From assembly GCA_020724555.1 (NCBI GenBank), contig DYGT01000003.1:21415-85414 (forward strand): 64,000 nucleotides of DNA. Reading direction: 5' to 3'. Both the position numbers and the translations under genes were made by a program. The stretch comes from Candidatus Microgenomatus sp. (GTDB lineage Bacteria; Patescibacteriota; Microgenomatia; UBA8517). Every line of letters begins with the position of its first letter. Position 1 is the first letter of the stretch. The notes below the pieces were generated by a model. It was not told where the DNA came from, made no database searches, and saw only the letters and a list, made by a program, of their open reading frames with translations. Shown piece after piece: positions 8,973 to 19,196 of the stretch.

Positions 8973-9851
8973 TTACAAACCCTCTTTCTGAAGCTCTTTG
9001 ATTAAATCTTTTTGTTTGTGGGTGAGTTTGGAGGGAATTTCCACATCCAGCTTAACATACTGGTCTCCCTGGCCACGCCCGTGAAGATGCGGCAAACCTT
9101 TGCCACGAAGCCGCACCATCGTCCCTGAGGCCGTGCCTTTTCGGATTTTCAGCTTAAGCTCACCGTCAATTGTGGGGACCGTTATAGTTCCACCTAAGAT
9201 TGCGGTACTAAAAGGCACACTTTGGCGCACATAAATATCTGCCCCATCCCGCTCAAAAAACGCGTGCGGCTTAACATTCACAGACAAAATAAAATCGTCA
9301 AAGCGGATACGGCTGCCGTCGTCAACACCTGCCGGAATTTTAATTTTTCGTCTTCTGCCGCCGATGTCCACTTCTTTTTGAGTACCACGGGCAGCCTCCA
9401 TAAATTCAATATCTATGCTATAGCGGGGAATACGCGTTGTCCGAGTTGCCCGAAACGGGCTGCCTCCGCCAAAAAACTGCTCAAAGATTTCAAACGGGTC
9501 GCCAAAATCAAATCCACCAAAACCGCCTTGGCTGCCGGAATAAGTGTAAGTAAACGGCCCCCACTGGCCGGTATTGCCAAAAGGGGAACTGCCGGCTCTG
9601 CCAAAGCCGCCACCGGGAGCAAATGCCTGGTGTCCGAACTGGTCGTAGGCACTGCGTTTTTCAGGATCGGACAAAACCTGGTAAGCTTCGTTAATTTCTT
9701 TAAAACGTCTTTCGGCTACTTCTTTATTGTCTTTGTGTTTATCCGGGTGCCACTCCAAAGCTTGTTTGCGGTAAGCCCGTTTTATTTCGGCATCCGACGC
9801 GTCTTTGCTTACTCCCAAAACATCATAATAATCAGCTTTGCCATCTGCCAT
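8973..9851 (-). CDS. dnaJ: DnaJ-family co-chaperone (type II/CbpA-like: J domain + G/F region + C-terminal domains, no Cys-rich zinc finger)
   Basis: DYYDVLGVSKDASDAEIKRAYRKQALEWHPDKH has the HPD motif. Gly/Phe-rich linker follows. No CxxCxGxG repeats. Last gene of the hrcA-grpE-dnaK operon. Confidence 0.85.
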   Translation of the reverse strand: MADGKADYYDVLGVSKDASDAEIKRAYRKQALEWHPDKHKDNKEVAERRFKEINEAYQVLSDPEKRSAYDQFGHQAFAPGGGFGRAGSSPFGNTGQWGPFTYTYSGSQGGFGGFDFGDPFEIFEQFFGGGSPFRATRTTRIPRYSIDIEFMEAARGTQKEVDIGGRRRKIKIPAGVDDGSRIRFDDFILSVNVKPHAFFERDGADIYVRQSVPFSTAILGGTITVPTIDGELKLKIRKGTASGTMVRLRGKGLPHLHGRGQGDQYVKLDVEIPSKLTHKQKDLIKELQKEGL

Positions 9852-9866
9852 ATCATTTAGTAGCCA

Positions 9867-11753
9867 TTATTCAACCACTTCTCCCTCTTCTGCATCAGAG
9901 GGCTTACCGTCGGAGGCTTTGGAATCCTTTTTATCATCGGCCGGTGCCGCTTCCTCTTTATACATGGCGGCGCCAACTTTCTGAAGCTCAGTGTTTAGCT
10001 CTTCGCTTGCTTTTTCCAGCTTCTCCGCGTCAATTTCAGTCTCACCCAAAAGATCTTTAACCGCTTTGATTTTTTCTTCAACCGCTTTTTTAATGTCCGC
10101 CGGCACTTTGTCTCCGGCATCTTTCAACGCCTTTTCTGAACCGGCCACCAGATTATCGGCTTTGTTTCGAGCCTCCACCATCTTTGCCTTTTTCTCGTCC
10201 TCGGCCTTGTGTTTTTCGGCTTCCTCGCGCATCTTTTCTACTTCTTCATCCGAAAGGCCAACCGCGCCGGTAATGGTGATATTTTGGCTTTTTTCTGTGG
10301 CTTTATCTTTGGCCGTCACTTTCAGGATGCCGTTACTGTCAATGTCAAAAGTAACCTCTATCTGGGGCACGCCACGCGGTGCCGGGGGAATGCCATCCAG
10401 AATAAACCTGCCCAAAGATTTGTTGTCCGCTGCCATTGGCCGCTCGCCTTGCAAAACATGAATTTCTACTTGGTTTTGATTATCGGCGGCGGTACTGAAT
10501 ACTTCGGTTTTACTGGCCGGGACTGTGGTATTTCTGGCAATCATGGGGGTGGCCACTCCACCCAAAGTTTCAATGGCCAAAGTCAAGGGAGTCACATCCA
10601 ATAAAAGAATGTCCTTTACTTCCCCGCCCAAAACGCCACCTTGGATAGCGGCACCGATGGCAACAACCTCATCCGGATTTACCCCTTTGTGCGGCTCTTT
10701 AGCGAAAAAGTCTTTAACCCTGTTTTGGATCATGGGCATTCTGGTCATCCCGCCAACCAAGATCACCTCATCAATATCTGCTACAGTCAATTTGGCGTCT
10801 TTAAGGGCAGATTTAACAGGATCCATGGTCCGCTCCACCAGGTCCTCCACCAAACTTTCCAGTTTTGCCCGGGTTATTTTGAGATTGAGGTGGAGGGGAT
10901 TACCGTCTTTTTGTGTAATATATGGCTGGTTAATTTCGGTTTCAGCGCTTGCCGACAGCTCAATTTTTGCTTTTTCGGCGGCATCGCGGATACGCTGCAA
11001 GGCCTGTTTATCCTGCCTAAGGTCAACGGCATTTTCTTTTTTAAATTCATCGGCAATAAAATCCACGATCTTTTCATCAAAATCATCCCCCCCAAGGTGA
11101 GTATCCCCATTTGTGGATTTAACTTCAAATACCCCGTCTCCAAGCTCCAAAATGGAAATGTCAAACGTTCCTCCTCCCAAATCGTAAACTGCTATTTTTT
11201 TACTATCTTTTTTATCAAGACCGTAGGCTAAAGCCGCAGCCGTAGGCTCATTAATAATGCGTTCCACCTTAAGCCCGGCGATTTCTCCTGCTTGTTTTGT
11301 AGCTTGGCGTTGGGAATCGTCAAAATATGCAGGGACCGTAATCACGGCAGATTCTACGCTTTCGCCCAAATAGCTTTCGGCATCCTTTTTAAGCTTCATA
11401 AGTACACGCGCTGAAATTTCCTGAGGGGTATACGTTTTATCTCCCACTTTAACTACGGCCATATTGTCTTTACCCGCGGTTATCGTGTAAGAAACCATCT
11501 TTTTGGTTTTTTCTACCTCGGTGGCGTTTTCGCGCCTTCCCATTAAACGCTTTACTGAATGGATAGTATTTTTGGGGTTTAAAATCATTTGGCGCTTAGC
11601 CACATCCCCCACAAGATTTTTTTCAGGTTCGACAACAGATGGGGTGATATTACGCCCCGTATCTGCCGCAGGAATTACTTTTGGTTGCCCTGCTTCCATG
11701 ACAGCAACGACCGAATTTGTTGTTCCTAAATCTATTCCGATAATTTTACTCAT
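9867..11753 (-). CDS. dnaK: molecular chaperone DnaK (Hsp70)
   Basis: 628 aa, [39 protein letters not shown] signatures. Acidic C-terminus. Confidence 0.97.
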   Translation of the reverse strand: MSKIIGIDLGTTNSVVAVMEAGQPKVIPAADTGRNITPSVVEPEKNLVGDVAKRQMILNPKNTIHSVKRLMGRRENATEVEKTKKMVSYTITAGKDNMAVVKVGDKTYTPQEISARVLMKLKKDAESYLGESVESAVITVPAYFDDSQRQATKQAGEIAGLKVERIINEPTAAALAYGLDKKDSKKIAVYDLGGGTFDISILELGDGVFEVKSTNGDTHLGGDDFDEKIVDFIADEFKKENAVDLRQDKQALQRIRDAAEKAKIELSASAETEINQPYITQKDGNPLHLNLKITRAKLESLVEDLVERTMDPVKSALKDAKLTVADIDEVILVGGMTRMPMIQNRVKDFFAKEPHKGVNPDEVVAIGAAIQGGVLGGEVKDILLLDVTPLTLAIETLGGVATPMIARNTTVPASKTEVFSTAADNQNQVEIHVLQGERPMAADNKSLGRFILDGIPPAPRGVPQIEVTFDIDSNGILKVTAKDKATEKSQNITITGAVGLSDEEVEKMREEAEKHKAEDEKKAKMVEARNKADNLVAGSEKALKDAGDKVPADIKKAVEEKIKAVKDLLGETEIDAEKLEKASEELNTELQKVGAAMYKEEAAPADDKKDSKASDGKPSDAEEGEVVE

Positions 11754-12198
11754 TTTTATTTTCCTTTCTTTTTACTGAAACGATTACTTTTGCAGGTCTT
11801 ATTATATAATCCCCAACCCTGTAACCAGTCAAGCTGCATTCTAAAATATCGCCATCTCTTTCTCCATCTCTGGCGTCAATTGCTTCATGAATATTTTCAT
11901 TAAATTTATGACCCGTTTGCGGTTTAATGACTTCTACTTCAAGTTGTTGTAAAACTTTATTAACCTCGTCTATCGCAAGCGCTAAACCAGAATCTTTTAA
12001 ATGTAATTGAATATTATCAAGCATATCAAACACTGGTAATAATTTTGTAAGAATTAAAATCTTTTGCCGAGCTTCTTCATCTTCGCGTTCGCGCATAACC
12101 CGTTTTTGCAGGTTGTCATAATCAGCAAGAGCACGCACCAATTGTTCCCGCAAAGCCTCATTTTCTTTTTGCAATTTGTCTTTTTTTACTTTTGGCAT
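11746..12198 (-). CDS. grpE: nucleotide exchange factor GrpE
   Basis: 150 aa coiled-coil N-terminus plus GrpE C-terminal beta domain ([14 protein letters not shown]). Overlaps dnaK start by 8 nt. Confidence 0.9.
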   Translation of the reverse strand: MPKVKKDKLQKENEALREQLVRALADYDNLQKRVMREREDEEARQKILILTKLLPVFDMLDNIQLHLKDSGLALAIDEVNKVLQQLEVEVIKPQTGHKFNENIHEAIDARDGERDGDILECSLTGYRVGDYIIRPAKVIVSVKRKENKNE

Positions 12199-12201
12199 AA
12201 A

Positions 12202-12930
12202 TTATTTACCTCCAACTTGCTCTACTAAACTTCCAAAATATCTGACGGTGGGAATAATGGCCGGGTAATTCAAACGAAATGGGCCAATAACCCCAATTGC
12301 ACCATGTTTTCCTTGTACCTCAAAACGCGAAGCCACAATGCCTATTGGCTCAAAATATTCCCACCCCAGCTCTTCTCCAAAAAGTACTTCAATGGGGCTT
12401 AGCCCCTGGAATTTCTCAAAAAAAAGCTCATGCAGGCGCCTGCCTTCTTCCAATGTTGAGAATAAAGTTTGGCATACCTGAAAATTAAAAAACTCCGGGC
12501 TGTTAAAAAGCTGGGAATGTCCATAGCTCCAAAAATCCCCGTCATCCATGGCTGCCACAGACAAAGTTTGTGTCCGCTCTGATAAAGCTTTTGTAGCGTG
12601 GCGCAAAAGCTCATCCAAGTCCGAGCGTACATCCCAGACATTTTCCCGCGCCTTAACTTCCTCGGTAAGGCTCAATCTCCGCTCCTCCATGAGCTGGTTA
12701 ATATAAAATTTCATGGCTTTGGGAGTAGGCACGCGGCCGGCTGAAGTGTGTGGTTGTTTTAAAAAACCAGTCCGTGTCAAGGACGCCATTTCATTTCTAA
12801 TGGTTGCCGGAGAAACTCCAAGATTATATTTTTTCTCAAGCGCCATTGAGCCTACCGGGACTGCGGTTTCAATATATTCGTCTATTAAAGCTTTTAATAT
12901 CTGTGTTTGTCTTGCTGTTAAGCCTTCCAT
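12202..12930 (-). CDS. hrcA: heat-inducible transcription repressor HrcA (short, 242 aa)
   Basis: N-terminal winged-helix LTARQTQILKALIDEYIETAVPVGS is typical of HrcA. A perfect CIRCE operator lies immediately upstream. First gene of hrcA-grpE-dnaK-dnaJ. Confidence 0.85.
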   Translation of the reverse strand: MEGLTARQTQILKALIDEYIETAVPVGSMALEKKYNLGVSPATIRNEMASLTRTGFLKQPHTSAGRVPTPKAMKFYINQLMEERRLSLTEEVKARENVWDVRSDLDELLRHATKALSERTQTLSVAAMDDGDFWSYGHSQLFNSPEFFNFQVCQTLFSTLEEGRRLHELFFEKFQGLSPIEVLFGEELGWEYFEPIGIVASRFEVQGKHGAIGVIGPFRLNYPAIIPTVRYFGSLVEQVGGK

Positions 12931-12931
12931 C

Positions 12932-12958
12932 TTAGCACTAATATAATACGAGTGCTAA
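12932..12958. promoter_or_regulatory. CIRCE operator (TTAGCACTA-N9-GAGTGCTAA) embedded in the hrcA promoter. The -35 TTGACA (plus 12963..12968, minus-strand sense) lies in the last codons of murJ and the -10 is supplied by the CIRCE spacer.
   Basis: Read directly: ttagcacta atataatac gagtgctaa, 1 mismatch from consensus TTAGCACTC-N9-GAGTGCTAA. TTGACA-17-TATATT arrangement on the minus strand leaves only about 9 nt between the -10 and the ATG, so the mRNA is nearly leaderless. Confidence 0.85.
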
Positions 12959-12974
12959 GATGTGTCAAGCCTTA

Positions 12975-14687
12975 TCAGATACCGGATGTGTCTGAAGCTA
13001 CTGGACTGACTGATTCTCCCTCTTTGGGAGGAATAGTAAACTTTCTGTGTTTAAGTACACGCAAAAACACCTGAAGTTCGCTGGTACGAAGCAAGGCGTT
13101 GATTGCCAAATATACAATTCCGCCCAATATGGCGGTTATAACCGTTAATAATAATAAATTGGCGCTGTAGCGGGTATCCAGGACAAAATTCTCAAAATTC
13201 AACGTTTTTAAAGATTGGATGTTTGTGATAAAAGACAAACGCTTGACCCAAACCGAACGGTCAAAAAACTTTAAAGTAATAAACATCACCGAACCGGATA
13301 AAAATGCAGATAAAGTGTGTTTAAAGATAGGCGTTAAGGCAAACAGGCTTCCTCCATTTAGCCTGCGGCTCAAAAGAAAATATAAAATTACCGCCTGAAA
13401 AGCGTTATTAATGGAATATGAAAGCGCCAGTGCCCAAGTAGACATACCCAACCCTAAAACAAGCACCAAGGAAACCATTACGTTTACTATCACACCAATA
13501 ACGGAAACTATTAGCGGTGTTTTTGTGTCGTGCAAAGCAAAAAAGCTGCGCGTCAAAAGTAGAAGCACCGATTGAAAAAAAACTCCCAAGGCAAAGGCAG
13601 AAAGAACATAACCGGTTTGGACTGTCGCCGACCAATCAAATAAATGTGTCCCAAACAAAAGCCTGACGATGGGTATACGCAAAACAATCATTCCCATAAC
13701 AACCGGAATAACAAAAAAAGAAATTTGGTAAAGCGAAGTCAGAAATACCGTTTTTAATTTTTTCGGTTCATTTGAATAATGAGCAAGTGTAGGAAGAGCT
13801 GCTTTGGCAATTGATAAACCAAAAAGTCCGACTGGCAAAGCCTGTACGGACAAGGCAAAATTGTAATAAGTATATGCGGGCGTAGAAATGAGTGAGGCCA
13901 AAAACAGCTCAACCGTCTTGGCAATTTGCAATATCCCCAGTTCAATCATTCTGGGTGTTGCCAGTTTACCTATACGTTTTACATTTTTCCCAGCTTTAAG
14001 CTCAAACCTGAACCTAAATCCCAATTTATAAGCAACTGGTAACTGGACTAAAAAATGCGCCAGGGCGCCAATTACCACGCCTATTGCAGGCGCCAAAAGA
14101 CCCAGGCTCGGTGCAAACAAAATTGTTCCAAGGATTATTCCCAGGTTATAAAACAAGGGAGCAAGGGCCGGAACAACAAATCTTTTTAAAGATTCTAAAA
14201 CGCCGGTCATTACATAGCTCACAACAAAAAATCCCTGAGCTGCAAATAAAACCCGCGCTAAATAAGCGATAGTTTCGGTTTCGGGACCGCTAAAACCAGG
14301 GGCAATCAAAGCATAAAGACTATGGGCAAATAGCCCGAACACCAAATAAAACCCCAAAAAAACGATTAAACCAAAATTAACCACCCGGCCTGCGGTTATC
14401 CAAGCCTCTTTTTGTTTTTTATGAAAAGTTCTGGCAAAAACCGGTATAAATGCAGAGGATAAAGCACCCAAAGTAAATACCTCAAAAACAAGGTCGGGCA
14501 GACGAAAAGCAGCAAAAAAAAGCGCCAACTCTTCATCAATAAAATAGTGGCCTAGGACTCTAAGGCGAATAAGGCCGCTTAGGCGTGCCACAAGATTCAT
14601 AAGCATGATAATCGTCGCCGCTGAAAGAATTGTTGCTTGCGGTGCCAAGAGAAGATTTTTGCCTTTTTTAAACCAACTGCTAACCAT
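12975..14687 (-). CDS. murJ: lipid II flippase MurJ (MviN)
   Basis: 570 aa, about 14 TM polytopic MOP-superfamily protein with a typical MurJ N-terminus (LAPQATILSAATIIMLMNLVARLSGLIRLRVLGHYF). Confidence 0.85.
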   Translation of the reverse strand: MVSSWFKKGKNLLLAPQATILSAATIIMLMNLVARLSGLIRLRVLGHYFIDEELALFFAAFRLPDLVFEVFTLGALSSAFIPVFARTFHKKQKEAWITAGRVVNFGLIVFLGFYLVFGLFAHSLYALIAPGFSGPETETIAYLARVLFAAQGFFVVSYVMTGVLESLKRFVVPALAPLFYNLGIILGTILFAPSLGLLAPAIGVVIGALAHFLVQLPVAYKLGFRFRFELKAGKNVKRIGKLATPRMIELGILQIAKTVELFLASLISTPAYTYYNFALSVQALPVGLFGLSIAKAALPTLAHYSNEPKKLKTVFLTSLYQISFFVIPVVMGMIVLRIPIVRLLFGTHLFDWSATVQTGYVLSAFALGVFFQSVLLLLTRSFFALHDTKTPLIVSVIGVIVNVMVSLVLVLGLGMSTWALALSYSINNAFQAVILYFLLSRRLNGGSLFALTPIFKHTLSAFLSGSVMFITLKFFDRSVWVKRLSFITNIQSLKTLNFENFVLDTRYSANLLLLTVITAILGGIVYLAINALLRTSELQVFLRVLKHRKFTIPPKEGESVSPVASDTSGI

Positions 14688-14733
14688 ATTTTCTAATTAC
14701 AAACAATACACCCTTGTCGTTTTGATATCCAAT

Positions 14734-14762
14734 TTGATATTTTACCCCGTGTCAGCTATACT
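14734..14762 (+). promoter_or_regulatory. sigma70-like promoter for rpsT (TTGATA-17-TATACT)
   Basis: Read directly at 14734..14762, about 22 nt upstream of the rpsT ATG. Confidence 0.45.
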
Positions 14763-14784
14763 CTCAAAGCAAAAGGGAATAAAT

Positions 14785-15024
14785 ATGCCAGTTACCAAAA
14801 CCGCCAAAAGAGCTCTTCGGAGTTCAAAACGAAAAGCAATTATAAATAAACGTAACACAGCCCGATTGGAAATTGCCATACGTAAAGCCGATAAAGTAAA
14901 AACCCCAAAAGCCATACGCGAGGCGATATCTATTGTGGATAAGGTTTCCAAAAGCAATTTAATCCACAAAAACAAGGCAGCCCGCATTAAAAGCAGGCTC
15001 AGTAAACTTGCCAACGCTAAATGA
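14785..15024 (+). CDS. rpsT: 30S ribosomal protein S20
   Basis: MPVTKTAKRALRSSKRKAIINKRNTARLE...SRLSKLANAK is a canonical S20. The ORF-track start at 14605 overlaps murJ and is not used. Confidence 0.9.
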   Translation: MPVTKTAKRALRSSKRKAIINKRNTARLEIAIRKADKVKTPKAIREAISIVDKVSKSNLIHKNKAARIKSRLSKLANAK

Positions 15025-15071
15025 CAGGCTTCAATATTTCCTCGGGCGTATGATATATTTAAGTAAATCAC

Positions 15072-15668
15072 ATGCCTGCCCAACAAAAAAAGAAATTGGT
15101 CAACCTGGTTCCTCGAAGCAACTTTGAGGACACAACAGCCGGGAGAGTCTTAAAATGGACTCTTTCTACCTTCCGCATGCTGGTCATATTTGTCGAGCTC
15201 GTGGTAATCGCCGGCTTTATAGCCCGTTTTTGGCTGGATGTCGTGCATTCGGACTTAAATGACGAAATAAAACAAAAAACACAGCTTATTGAATCTTACA
15301 GCTCTTTGGAAACAAACTTCAAAAAAGCCCAAACTAAGCTTCTTCTCTTTAAAACAATAGATGAACAAGAAAACCGCAATTCAGACCTGATCGCCGCTCT
15401 AACAACAAAAATTCCCAATGGCGCCAACCTGTCACAATTCAAAAGAAATGCAAGTTTGATGGAGATCTCCATTGAAAGCGTATCGGAACAAGCGGTGTCA
15501 CAATTGATTTCAAATCTACAGGCTTTCCAGGATTTTACCGATATGAAGCTTATACGTGTGCAATCCCAGGAAGGTAATCCGTATGTTATTTATACTCTGC
15601 AAAAAAATATAGTAGTAGAAACAGATAATTCTGTTGTTGAGGATCAGGAAAATGGAAACCAGATTTAA
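15072..15668 (+). CDS. type IV pilus assembly protein PilN-like
   Basis: N-terminal KKKLVNLVPRS (PilN INLLP-like) followed by a single TM (LVIFVELVVIAGFIARFWL) and a periplasmic coiled-coil/ferredoxin-like domain. Confidence 0.5.
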   Translation: MPAQQKKKLVNLVPRSNFEDTTAGRVLKWTLSTFRMLVIFVELVVIAGFIARFWLDVVHSDLNDEIKQKTQLIESYSSLETNFKKAQTKLLLFKTIDEQENRNSDLIAALTTKIPNGANLSQFKRNASLMEISIESVSEQAVSQLISNLQAFQDFTDMKLIRVQSQEGNPYVIYTLQKNIVVETDNSVVEDQENGNQI

Positions 15669-16332
15669 CAAAAACTACCAGCTTTACCGTAAATATTTAG
15701 AACAAATAATTGTCATGTACCAAAAAAGGAACGATCTCCGATTATTTTTGGAAACGTTTTTGACCATAGGGGCTGTTGTCTTTTTTGGATTATTTGCAGT
15801 GAAACCAACGCTCGTAACCGTAGCAGAACTTTACCGAGGAAAACAAGCTAAAGAGGAAACTTTAAATACTTTAAATACAAAAATTGAAAACCTAATTCAA
15901 GCAGAAAAGCTTTATAACCAATACGAAAACGAAATTGCACTTCTCCACCAAGCCATACCCTCAGAACCTCAGGTTGAAGAAGTGGTCCGCCAAATAGAAG
16001 GCGCTGCCAATAAAAATGAAGTATTACTTTTAGCGTTTGATCTTGACCAGGTAGTTATCAAGGGCCAAGCCATAACGAATGAACAAAACGACCAACAAGA
16101 AAACGCCACAAATAGCGAGAAGCCGGGTGCAGCAAAAGAAATAGTTTTTGAATTAAGCGTAGCCGGCGAATATAACCGACTATTATCATTTCTTACTCAT
16201 CTTGAAAGGATGCGCCGGCCAATAAAATTCCTGGAATTTGATTTTAGAAAACCACCAACTGGAGTGGAAGCAACCGGTCCGATTTTGCTAAACATAAAGG
16301 GAGCTACTGTTTATACTCAAGAAAATGAATAA
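15652..16332 (+). CDS. type IV pilus assembly protein PilO-like
   Basis: Short cytoplasmic N-terminus, single TM (FLTIGAVVFFGLFAV), coiled coil and C-terminal domain. Overlaps the pilN-like stop. ATG at 15652 chosen over the TTG at 15634. Confidence 0.45.
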   Translation: METRFNKNYQLYRKYLEQIIVMYQKRNDLRLFLETFLTIGAVVFFGLFAVKPTLVTVAELYRGKQAKEETLNTLNTKIENLIQAEKLYNQYENEIALLHQAIPSEPQVEEVVRQIEGAANKNEVLLLAFDLDQVVIKGQAITNEQNDQQENATNSEKPGAAKEIVFELSVAGEYNRLLSFLTHLERMRRPIKFLEFDFRKPPTGVEATGPILLNIKGATVYTQENE

Positions 16333-16720
16333 AAAAGAAAAACCATTTTTAGTCCAAGTGGCAATCCTTACAGCCATTACTACTTTGGTGTGGATTGGCT
16401 TTAGCGTTTACAAAGCATTGACAAACGAACCGGAACCAACAGTATCAGAAGAAGTTCTAGCCGTAATTCAACCCACGCTTGAGACTGACATTTTAGAAAA
16501 TTTGGAAACCAGATTGTACTTGAACGATGAAGAAATTGGCGATACTGTGTTAATAAACAATTTATCACCAGCTACCGACACTAATGACGATCAAATTGAA
16601 GAAACGGAAAATGAAGAAAACACAGATCAGGAAAACCAAGAGAGTGAAGAAGAAACCGAACAAACTGGGGAGGAAGATTCCGGAATCACAGAGGAGGAAA
16701 ATATAAACATAAATGAATAA
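16325..16720 (+). CDS. small membrane protein with highly acidic C-terminal tail
   Basis: One TM (LVQVAILTAITTLVWIGF) then a D/E/N/T-rich tail (EETENEENTDQENQESEEETEQTGEEDSG). Confidence 0.4.
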   Translation: MNKKEKPFLVQVAILTAITTLVWIGFSVYKALTNEPEPTVSEEVLAVIQPTLETDILENLETRLYLNDEEIGDTVLINNLSPATDTNDDQIEETENEENTDQENQESEEETEQTGEEDSGITEEENININE

Positions 16721-18068
16721 GAAAAAAACCATACCGACAATTTTGGGCATTTTCGTCTTAATGCTGGGTGTTGCAACCGGAGTTTTTTTGCTTCAAAGAC
16801 AGCAAATATTCCGCCTGGGAGCGGGAGGTGACACCGAACCCAAAGATGTACGCATTACCAATGTTACTGATACCAGCTTTACCATATCCTGGGTTACCGA
16901 TAAACAAACCACTGGTGCAATTGAATGGGGAACATCACAAAACTTAGGACAAACTGCCCATGAAGACAACGGCCTGGCTACAATTATCCACACAGTCACT
17001 CTTAAGCACTTAAACCCAAATACTAAGTATTATTTCCAAATTCTTTCGGATAATAGTGAGTATACCCAAGCCGGTTCACCATGGCAGGTAACTACAGGAG
17101 CCGAATTGCCACCGCCCGAAACATCAAATATAATTTCCGGCCAGATACAAACTCCGGACGGGACGGAGGCCAGCGGAGTTTTGGTATATGCAACCGTAGG
17201 AAACGCGCTTCCCCTCTCTACTACAACTTCCCAAAATGGAGAGTGGGTAATATCCCTTGCCAACGCCAGGAATCAGTCGGCTTCTGATTATGTAAATTTA
17301 ACCCCGGAAACGTTAGTAGAAATCTATGTACAAGGAGGGTCAATGGGTGTTGCCTCAGCACAAACTTTGTTAAAAAATGCCAACCCGACCCAAATCATTA
17401 CTCTTGGCAGTAGCTATGACTTTAAAAATGAAACCAGAGATGTTACTAATGAAAACCCCGAGGCAGAATTATCCTTACCCAACCAAACCAACGAGCGCGA
17501 ATCCGGCTTTAACTTAACAAACGACGCTGGGGAAGGCAACGACGAAGTAGTTACTATCGAAAGCTTAGACAATAATGAAATAATTTATACACAAAAGCCT
17601 GAATTTTTTGGAAGTGGCCCGACCGGCGCGGAATTTACCATTACAGTTGAATCAGACCCAATTAGCGATCAAGTAACGGTAGGCCCAAGCGGATGGAGCT
17701 GGAGCCCTCCTCAAAATCTTGAAGAGGGAGAACATACTTTAACTATCAGCTGGATAGATGCCGAAGGAATCTTAAGAAAAATCACCCGCACTTTTGTTGT
17801 CCAAGCGGCCGAAGACGAACCATCTTTTGAATCAACGCCGTCGGACACGACTACACCGCGATCAACACCTACACCAACACCTACTATCACACCAACACCT
17901 ACCATTTCTGCTTCTGCCACACCTACTGGCTCACCAAGGACCAGCATCACAGCCAGTGATTCGGCAGAAATGCCAGAAGCAGGAAGCATCAAACAAACAA
18001 TTTTTCTGGCGATAAGTGGCTTTAGTTTATTAACTGCCGGTGTTTATGTTAGTATTAAAAAGTCATAA
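16713..18068 (+). CDS. surface protein with N-terminal signal/TM, fibronectin type-III-like domain, Pro/Thr-rich linker and C-terminal hydrophobic anchor (MPEAG-TM-KKS)
   Basis: VRITNVTDTSFTISWVTDKQTTGAIEWGTS...KYYFQILS is FN3-like. TPTPTPTITPTPTIS linker. C-terminus EMPEAGSIKQTIFLAISGFSLLTAGVYVSIKKS. Confidence 0.7.
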   Translation: MNKKKTIPTILGIFVLMLGVATGVFLLQRQQIFRLGAGGDTEPKDVRITNVTDTSFTISWVTDKQTTGAIEWGTSQNLGQTAHEDNGLATIIHTVTLKHLNPNTKYYFQILSDNSEYTQAGSPWQVTTGAELPPPETSNIISGQIQTPDGTEASGVLVYATVGNALPLSTTTSQNGEWVISLANARNQSASDYVNLTPETLVEIYVQGGSMGVASAQTLLKNANPTQIITLGSSYDFKNETRDVTNENPEAELSLPNQTNERESGFNLTNDAGEGNDEVVTIESLDNNEIIYTQKPEFFGSGPTGAEFTITVESDPISDQVTVGPSGWSWSPPQNLEEGEHTLTISWIDAEGILRKITRTFVVQAAEDEPSFESTPSDTTTPRSTPTPTPTITPTPTISASATPTGSPRTSITASDSAEMPEAGSIKQTIFLAISGFSLLTAGVYVSIKKS

Positions 18069-18069
18069 A

Positions 18070-19194
18070 ATGGATCCTACTGTCCCAAATAATAACCCAC
18101 CGTTTTCAAATACCATCCCCCAGGAGTCCACAGCCGGTATGGCGATAGAGACTCCCACCAATCCCACGCCAAACATACAAACACAACCATCCATTGCCAC
18201 TTCTCCACCAAATAGTAATTCTAAAAATAAAACAAAAATTATTGCCGGAATTTTGGGTATTATTGTTTTGATAGGCGGAATTATTGCCGGTGTTATCTTA
18301 TTAAGACAAAACCAAGCTCCCGAGCGCCAAGCAGCCAACTGCAGTGACTGGTGTACCAGTCCCCAGGATTGTTCCAACGCCGGCGGCGTCCAGACAACAC
18401 CTTGTAGTTTTGAATTTTGTAGCCCGGGACTGGTTGCTTGTACACTTGACCCGGAAGGAGGCGGGGCCCCACCACCGGATACCGGTCAGTGCAGTGTTAC
18501 TTTCCCAGGAGGAGTCACGGGAAGCATTGTAATTTCCTCATCCTGTGGATCCATCCCTTTTAACGCTTATTACCGGAAAGCTGATGCTGGCACCACCGAT
18601 GGCGACTGCGTGGGCACGAATGAAAATTCGCTTGGAGTTAAAAATTTGGGACCGGGCACACACAACCCCAGAGATTATGGACCGGGTGGGTGCGGCTGGT
18701 GTGTACAACTGGACAGTAGTCACGGTGGTTCGGCCCAATATACAGGCGATTGTCCCGTACCCACACCCACGGCAACGCCGACAATACCACCGGAAACTTC
18801 TCCATTGCCGACGGCAACGCCGACGCCAACGGCTACAGCTACGCCTACAGCCACTCCGACTATGCCACCAGGAGTCAATATCACAGCTATGTGTTTGGAT
18901 ATTCGTGCATATGACAGCGAATGGAATAGTTTGACCGCAAGCGACTTGTCGCAATTGAAACCCGGAGATTTTGTGCGCTTTAGTGTCCGAGGCAGCGCCA
19001 GCGACAACGGTATAAATAAAGCCCGTTTTAGTTTAAACGGGGGTGCACCCATAGAAACTACCAAAACCAAACCGGGAACAGATAATGAATATTACCAAGA
19101 ATTTACTCTGCCGAATATCCCTGAGGGTAAAGAATCTTTAACAATTAACGTAAAGGCAGAACTGTTTCATCCTATACTAAATATGTGGTTTTAA
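18070..19194 (+). CDS. Cys-rich secreted/membrane-anchored protein with Pro/Thr-rich linker
   Basis: N-terminal TM (IIAGILGIIVLIGGIIAGVILL), about 16 Cys in the ectodomain (CSDWCTSPQDCS..., GGCGWCVQ), PTPTATPT linker. Start at ATG 18070 just after the upstream stop. Confidence 0.6.
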   Translation: MDPTVPNNNPPFSNTIPQESTAGMAIETPTNPTPNIQTQPSIATSPPNSNSKNKTKIIAGILGIIVLIGGIIAGVILLRQNQAPERQAANCSDWCTSPQDCSNAGGVQTTPCSFEFCSPGLVACTLDPEGGGAPPPDTGQCSVTFPGGVTGSIVISSSCGSIPFNAYYRKADAGTTDGDCVGTNENSLGVKNLGPGTHNPRDYGPGGCGWCVQLDSSHGGSAQYTGDCPVPTPTATPTIPPETSPLPTATPTPTATATPTATPTMPPGVNITAMCLDIRAYDSEWNSLTASDLSQLKPGDFVRFSVRGSASDNGINKARFSLNGGAPIETTKTKPGTDNEYYQEFTLPNIPEGKESLTINVKAELFHPILNMWF

Positions 19195-19196
19195 AT

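Noticed and set aside
9222-11778. Multiple plus-strand ORFs (9222..9860, 9991..10461, 10209..10604, 10525..11100, 10641..11231, 11503..11778) overlapping dnaJ/dnaK
   Set aside because: Antisense to canonical dnaK/dnaJ. Translations are Ser/Ala/Phe-rich low complexity.
14605-14784. Long 5' extension of the rpsT ORF-track model
   Set aside because: It overlaps the murJ coding region on the other strand. The true S20 starts at the ATG at 14785, preceded by a promoter.
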